From: a virus
Taxonomy: Duplodnaviria > Caudoviricetes
IMG/VR virus record: IMGVR_UViG_3300005764_000058
Location: 1-30,085 of that record
Reading direction: 5' to 3' (one strand)
Length of the DNA stretch: 30,085 nucleotides
In this document: one piece after another, positions 25,536 through 30,085 of the stretch
How positions within the stretch are numbered: the first letter of the stretch is position 1
Layout: each line of letters opens with the position of its first letter
Made by a program: the position numbers and the translations under genes
The notes under the pieces: model-generated
What the model saw: only the letters and a program-made list of their open reading frames with translations
Databases searched by the model: none
Told to the model about the DNA's origin: nothing

Positions 25536-26332
25536 AATGGAGGATCTTGCTCCTGGCGGCGGTTCTGGCCTGCGCCGGCCACATGGCCGCGGCGCAGATG
25601 ACCGTCCCGGTGACGAACAGCGGCACCGGCACGACCAACGGGCTGCTCGCGAAGCTGACGGGAGCGCCGTCAACCGCCGTGACGGTGTTGACGAGCGATA
25701 CCGGGGGCGCGATCGGTGTCGTGGTCTCGGGGGGCGGCACGACCGGGACTGCGATCGTCGGCGTCAACGGCATTGTCTCGTGCACTTTTGACGGCGCGGG
25801 TGTCGTGGCCAATCATTACGTGCAGATCAGCGCGACGACGGCGGGAAATTGTAAGGATGGCGGCGCAAGCTATCCAGCCTCGGGTCAGGTGGTTGGTATG
25901 GCGCTGCAAACTATCGGCTCGTCGGGTCCGGCTAACATGGTGGTCTTTCCGCCGCCTGGGATCGCTGGCGCGTCCGGCGCCTCGACCAGCGCAAATAATA
26001 CCTTCACGGGCACAAACACGTTCAGCGGCTCGACGATCGGTCCCGCGCCGATCACTATCACCACCGCGCTCACCGTTGACAGTACCATCACTTGCGGCGC
26101 GCTTTACCGCTACAACTCAGCCTCGCCGGCTAACGCTACGGTCAATACGAGCTTTCCGGCCGGGTGCTCGATCGGCATCGAACAGCTCAGCACCGGGGCG
26201 ATGACGGTGGTTGCCGGCACCGGCACGGTCCATTCGCCCTGCACGACCGTCGCCACCAACGCGCAATATGCGGTGATATCGGTCTTTGGCGAAGCCGCGG
26301 GCACTGCCTTGGTCGGAGGGCGCTGCACTTGA
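25532..26332 (+). CDS. Secreted protein with a capsid-cement-like (DUF2190-like) N-domain and a fibre-tip-like C-domain
   Basis: Signal ending AAA|Q; GAIGVV...VNGIVSC...QVVGMAL; ANNTFTGTNTF; YNSASP...IGIEQ.STG domain. Confidence 0.7.
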   Translation: MKWRILLLAAVLACAGHMAAAQMTVPVTNSGTGTTNGLLAKLTGAPSTAVTVLTSDTGGAIGVVVSGGGTTGTAIVGVNGIVSCTFDGAGVVANHYVQISATTAGNCKDGGASYPASGQVVGMALQTIGSSGPANMVVFPPPGIAGASGASTSANNTFTGTNTFSGSTIGPAPITITTALTVDSTITCGALYRYNSASPANATVNTSFPAGCSIGIEQLSTGAMTVVAGTGTVHSPCTTVATNAQYAVISVFGEAAGTALVGGRCT

Positions 26333-27264
26333 TCCTCCGCGCTCTGGCGTTGCTGCTGGCGCTGGCCGGGTCGGCTCACGCGCAAGGGCTGCCGTGGCAC
26401 GTGCGCGCGCAGGACAAAGCTACCGTCGCCGGGGGTGGCTGCACCGGCGGGTATCTTGGCTCGGGCGATGCGCTCTCGGGAGCGGCCCATTATTGGGGCG
26501 TGCGCGGCTACTCGTGCGCCTACTCGACCGGCGCGAACAACGCGATGATCATCCGGCGCGCCAGCGACAACACGACGAGCACGATCAAAATCCTGAACAC
26601 CGGATCGCTCGACACAGCGAGCGCGAGCTCGTTCTGTTCCGCAACGGCCTGTTTTGTCACGACTCTTTACGATCAGGTCGGGACCGCCAACCTGACGCAG
26701 GCGACTAACGCCAATCAGCCGCAGCTAATCTTTAGTTGCAAGGGTACATTGCCGTGCATCCAATTCGACGGCTCGTCGATGATACTTACCGGAACGATCA
26801 CCAGTATTTCGCCGCCGATTTCGTATAGCACTGCGGTAAATGTAACCGGAGACAATGCAGTGTTGGGTTTCCAAATTATTCTAGGTACAGAAAATTCTGG
26901 CGGCGGTGCAGCCGCAAGTCTAAATCGCAGCGTCGCTAATAGTTGGAACAGCGGAACAGAGGGCAATAGCTTGAGCAGTATGAGTTCCACCGATGCCACA
27001 TGGCACACGGCGCAAGCAACGTTTACCACAACCGCGAGCACTTCGGTGCTTAATATAGATGGCACCGAAACGACAGGCAGCACCAATGGCTCGGCGGGGG
27101 GCTATACAATATCTGACCTTAGCGGGCGCAGCACTGCGGCAAATTATTACATGAAGGGCCAAGCCGGCGAATATCGGATCGACACGGCGGCTTATTCGTC
27201 TGGCAACCGCACCGCCCTTTGCCACAACCTACGCCTTTATTGGAGCACGGCCGGATCATGCTAA
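26329..27264 (+). CDS. Secreted ConA-like protein resembling the arabinofuranosidase-B (GH54) catalytic-type domain
   Basis: TTG start (TTGA overlap); signal ending AHA|Q; IRRASDN, LDTA..SFC...CFVTTLYDQ.G..NLTQA...QP motifs. Confidence 0.72.
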   Translation: MILRALALLLALAGSAHAQGLPWHVRAQDKATVAGGGCTGGYLGSGDALSGAAHYWGVRGYSCAYSTGANNAMIIRRASDNTTSTIKILNTGSLDTASASSFCSATACFVTTLYDQVGTANLTQATNANQPQLIFSCKGTLPCIQFDGSSMILTGTITSISPPISYSTAVNVTGDNAVLGFQIILGTENSGGGAAASLNRSVANSWNSGTEGNSLSSMSSTDATWHTAQATFTTTASTSVLNIDGTETTGSTNGSAGGYTISDLSGRSTAANYYMKGQAGEYRIDTAAYSSGNRTALCHNLRLYWSTAGSC

Positions 27265-28247
27265 AACTGCTGGTTACGGGCCTTGGAGCGCTGCTTTGGG
27301 CGAGCGCGGCTTCGGCAGCGTGTGGCACTGATCTGCCGTACACAGCGCAGGCGCGGGCCGATGTGGCGGCGATGGGCTACACCTGTGAGATACTCGCCGA
27401 TAGTTTCACCGCTCTTTCGACGATCGATCTGGTGCAGAATGCGCAGCCTTACAGCGCCGGATACAATTGGTATTCGGTCGGGCCGTGGCCGCGAGTGGCG
27501 AGCTGCAACAATCAGCCTTTCTGGTGCACGTCTTCGGCGCAGAACGTTTCGAGCGGCTTTGCCTCGATCGTGGGCGGCAAGGTGAAGCTGACGCAGAATG
27601 TCTCGACGCCTTCCTCTTATCCGATCTTGTCGTCGTGCTATCCGACAGGTGCGGCACCTTATTGGGGAGGGACGCCGATCCCGCCAGGCGGATACTATTT
27701 CGAAGTCAAATTTTCGTCCGGCACGCCGACGATCGCCTGGACGATGCCAACCGAGTTTCTGACGGCGGGTATCGGTGCCACGGTGCAATTCGTCGAGGAA
27801 GACAACATTGACAATGGCGGCAACGGGCGGGGCAATGCCGCGTGGTATACGACCGGCGGGGCATTGGAAACCAATCAAGGCATTTTCTTGGAAAGCCCGC
27901 AGGACACGATCACCAATGCGCTGGTAGCCGGGGTGATGGCGGTGCCGGCGGCCGATGCCAACGGACAAACGCTGTCAAGTGGCGTGCTGCCGGTCGGTCA
28001 GGTAATCCTCAACTGGTACAACACCACCGGGTTTGCTGCCACCAATGCCGGCAACGGTGCCACTTCTCCCTTTACCGGCAACTGGATCACACAACTGACC
28101 AACCAGCACAATTGCGTCTTGATCAGCGGCAATGGGGTTGGCGTGCAATTCGGGGTCGATTGGGTGCGGGTGTGGACAAAGCCGGTAAGTTCCGGCGGCA
28201 CGCCCGGCACCGGCTCCGGTTTCCGGCTTTTTGGCACAAGGGGTTGA
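27258..28247 (+). CDS. Secreted GH16-like/ConA-fold protein
   Basis: Signal ending ASA; GYYFEVK, WTMPTE, EEDNID and VDWVRVW motifs. Confidence 0.65.
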   Translation: MLKLLVTGLGALLWASAASAACGTDLPYTAQARADVAAMGYTCEILADSFTALSTIDLVQNAQPYSAGYNWYSVGPWPRVASCNNQPFWCTSSAQNVSSGFASIVGGKVKLTQNVSTPSSYPILSSCYPTGAAPYWGGTPIPPGGYYFEVKFSSGTPTIAWTMPTEFLTAGIGATVQFVEEDNIDNGGNGRGNAAWYTTGGALETNQGIFLESPQDTITNALVAGVMAVPAADANGQTLSSGVLPVGQVILNWYNTTGFAATNAGNGATSPFTGNWITQLTNQHNCVLISGNGVGVQFGVDWVRVWTKPVSSGGTPGTGSGFRLFGTRG

Positions 28248-29242
28248 TGATGGACCGCGATAAGGTTTGGCAATTTGACGCTATCACCTGGCGCACCTTG
28301 GCGGTCCTAGTGGTCTTGATCCTGGGCTTGATGTTCTGGGCCACGGCTCATGCGCAGTCGATCACCGTCAACGGGTCGGCTAATGCGACGGTCGCGCCAG
28401 ACTCGACGATGGCGATCCATGTAACCGGGGGCAGTGGCAGCAACACGGATTGGATTGCCCTGGGGCCGCACACGTCAACCCCGAATAATGACGTGTTCAA
28501 TTGGGTTTATCTGAGCGGCACCGGCACGCCGCCACCGACCGCGATGAGCTCGGCTACCGTCAGCATGGTCGCGCCGAGCGCGCAGAACACCTACGAGGCT
28601 CGGTTCTACGCCAACAACGGCTACACCTTGATCGCATCGACGACGTTCACCGCGCAAACCGGCGGCGGTGGTGGTGGGGGCGGCGGCGGTGGTGGCGCTA
28701 CCGGCTCTTGCCCGACTGGGCAATTCGTCACGTCGATTACCGCTACAGCGGTCAACTGCGCGCCGCTGCCGCCGATACTAAGCTATCTCGCAGGCGATCC
28801 GACCGGATCGTGCACAGGCTCGCCGGGGGCGCCGACCGATAACGGGTTCTCGTTTGATAGCGCCGCGGGCAATCTCAAACTGTGGTTCTGCCTAAACAAC
28901 GCGTGGAGATCGGCGCTGCTGCCGGCGTCCAAGCCGATTCGCATGACCTCAAGCGCGACCGACACTCTGACCTCGAATGATTGCTTCGGCTACGTGCATT
29001 ATAACAGCGCGAGCCCGGTGACGGTGACGGTTCCGGCCAACTTGCAGACCGCAGCAGGGTATTGCGATATCGGACTTCTCCAGGACGGAGCTGGGCCGGT
29101 GTCGCCGGTCGCAGGGGCCGGGATAACCGGCGGCAATCCGTTCGGGTTCACGCAAACCGTGGGGCCGGGCGGCTGGTTGATCGTCCACGCCTATAGTCGC
29201 GGCGGCAGCCCGGCTTACGTCTTCTCGGGCGATGGCAAATGA
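28247..29242 (+). CDS. Secreted modular fibre-like protein (Ig-like domain, poly-Gly linker, fibre-tip-like domain)
   Basis: Signal ending AHA|Q; DWIAL..WVYL..YEARFY Ig-like pattern; CPTGQFVTSI; YNSASPVTVTVP...IGLLQDGAG domain shared with 25532. Confidence 0.75.
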   Translation: MMDRDKVWQFDAITWRTLAVLVVLILGLMFWATAHAQSITVNGSANATVAPDSTMAIHVTGGSGSNTDWIALGPHTSTPNNDVFNWVYLSGTGTPPPTAMSSATVSMVAPSAQNTYEARFYANNGYTLIASTTFTAQTGGGGGGGGGGGGATGSCPTGQFVTSITATAVNCAPLPPILSYLAGDPTGSCTGSPGAPTDNGFSFDSAAGNLKLWFCLNNAWRSALLPASKPIRMTSSATDTLTSNDCFGYVHYNSASPVTVTVPANLQTAAGYCDIGLLQDGAGPVSPVAGAGITGGNPFGFTQTVGPGGWLIVHAYSRGGSPAYVFSGDGK

Positions 29243-30085
29243 TTTCCTGGCGGCTGCGTCTTTTCCTATGGCTGGCATTCGCGCTCGGCCTTGCCTACAC
29301 ATCCGATGTCGAAGCGCTGATGCGCGGCGGTCGCGGCGGCGGGGGCGGCGCGGCGCAAACCATCGTCTCGATTACGCCGTCATCGTGCAGCTTCACCGCG
29401 GCGGTGCAGAACGGCTCCGTTTGCACCCTCACGGTCAATATGAGTGCGGGTCCTGCTTTCAGCGGCACTCTGGCGCTCTGCACCGGGACGAATGCACCGA
29501 TCAGCGGTTGCACCGGAGGCAATACCGGTGCCTTTCACCTAGTCGGCTGTGCGATGGCATCCTGCACCTTGGAGCAAAGCGCGGCGGCGGGTGGCACCCC
29601 GGCCGGCACCTATACCGATGTTTACGCCTACGCGCAGCAAACCGGGATTTCCAATTCGCCGCAGTTCCAGGCGCTCACCTTGACAGGAGCGGCCGCCGGG
29701 GCGGGGATCACATCGTTCACGATTCAGAACGCCGACGCCGCGAGCGCTGTCGTGCCCGGGGCCAACGGCTATCCTTATGTCGGCGGGCAATCTTGGGCGC
29801 GCGGCGATTGGGTGCCGGGAACCAATTACCCGATTTGCCAGGATCACGCGAACGCAGCGGTGCTGCCGTGCCAATGGGATCAGATCGGGACCTATCGCGA
29901 GAATGGCGATAATGGCTCGGTCAGGCACGCCAGCTTTTCGGTGCTGCTACCGGCGAGCTCGCCGCAATATGCCTCAGGCGGCATTCCGGCCTGCACCGCA
30001 AGCCCATGCACCGGCATCTTCCAGATCGATTTTGTCTCGCAATCCGGCACCTATACGCCCAATGTTCACGGCTCGATCAACGATG
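29239..30085 (+). CDS. Large secreted protein (partial, runs off the right edge), possible glycan-binding/depolymerase appendage
   Basis: Hand translation, not in the ORF track: MISWRLRLFLWLAFALGLAYTSDVEA|LMRGGRGGGGGG...; ATGA coupling; frame stays open to the window end. Confidence 0.8.
   Translation, partial: MISWRLRLFLWLAFALGLAYTSDVEALMRGGRGGGGGAAQTIVSITPSSCSFTAAVQNGSVCTLTVNMSAGPAFSGTLALCTGTNAPISGCTGGNTGAFHLVGCAMASCTLEQSAAAGGTPAGTYTDVYAYAQQTGISNSPQFQALTLTGAAAGAGITSFTIQNADAASAVVPGANGYPYVGGQSWARGDWVPGTNYPICQDHANAAVLPCQWDQIGTYRENGDNGSVRHASFSVLLPASSPQYASGGIPACTASPCTGIFQIDFVSQSGTYTPNVHGSIND

Larger units (their letters stand above)
1..30085. mobile_element. Tailed bacteriophage/prophage segment, podovirus-like morphogenesis module
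   Basis: TerL-portal-scaffold-MCP-adaptor-nozzle-fibre order with overlapping start/stop codons, plus RusA and a Mom-like gene. No tape measure, tail tube, att site or host genes were recognised. Confidence 0.95.

Noticed and set aside
20623-25600. Cys in several leader peptides as lipoprotein lipoboxes (e.g. LVAC, VLAC, GTAC)
   Set aside because: Each is followed by a good signal peptidase I site ending in Ala-Gln, and most cluster members lack such a Cys. SPII cleavage cannot be fully excluded for 22317, 22861 and 25532 without SignalP, and it would change their Cys counts.
22786-28246. Upstream-extended starts in the track (22786, 24627, 25349, 26164, 27219, 27842)
   Set aside because: The extensions overlap preceding genes. 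Stop-overlapping starts at 22861, 25341, 25532, 26329, 27258 and 28247 give clean signal peptides.
28661-28696. GGN repeat tract as a contingency locus
   Set aside because: Mixed Gly codons encoding a poly-Gly linker, not a pure slippage repeat.
29232-29912. 226-aa Arg-rich ORF from the track
   Set aside because: Wrong frame; the frame starting at 29239 is coupled, has a signal peptide and stays open to the window edge.
20623-30085. Secreted cluster as host chromosomal genes beyond a prophage boundary
   Set aside because: It is coupled to the nozzle gene by an ATGA overlap with no promoter or att-like gap, and it carries phage fibre and spike motifs. The full genome context is still needed to exclude this formally.
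1-30085. tRNA/rRNA genes, diversity-generating retroelement, integrase, endolysin
   Set aside because: No cloverleaf, reverse transcriptase, tyrosine-integrase or lysin motifs were recognised by eye.

Overview
The whole window looks like a GC-rich tailed-phage (or prophage) genome segment, with no host housekeeping genes. Bases 1-6800 hold accessory and regulatory genes: a serine recombinase, a Mom-like DNA-modification enzyme, RusA, arrays of tiny genes joined by repeated RBS linkers, an HTH protein and a highly structured non-coding region with two IHF-consensus sites. Bases 6802-20626 are a podovirus-type morphogenesis operon: PEP-CTERM protein, TerL, portal, scaffold, N4-gp56-like major capsid, adaptor and nozzle. 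The main finding is 20623-30085. Eleven of twelve consecutive, translationally coupled genes encode virion-appendage-like proteins (tail-fibre anchors, an RcGTA-type head-spike base and a fibre-like tag, cement, lectin/glycosidase-like domains), and each begins with a Sec-type signal peptide. All ten complete ones have an even number of Cys in the mature chain. This suggests the phage exports its fibres and decorations to the periplasm for disulfide folding and attaches them to cytoplasmically built particles at or after lysis. Family assignments come from motif recognition by eye; no searches were run.
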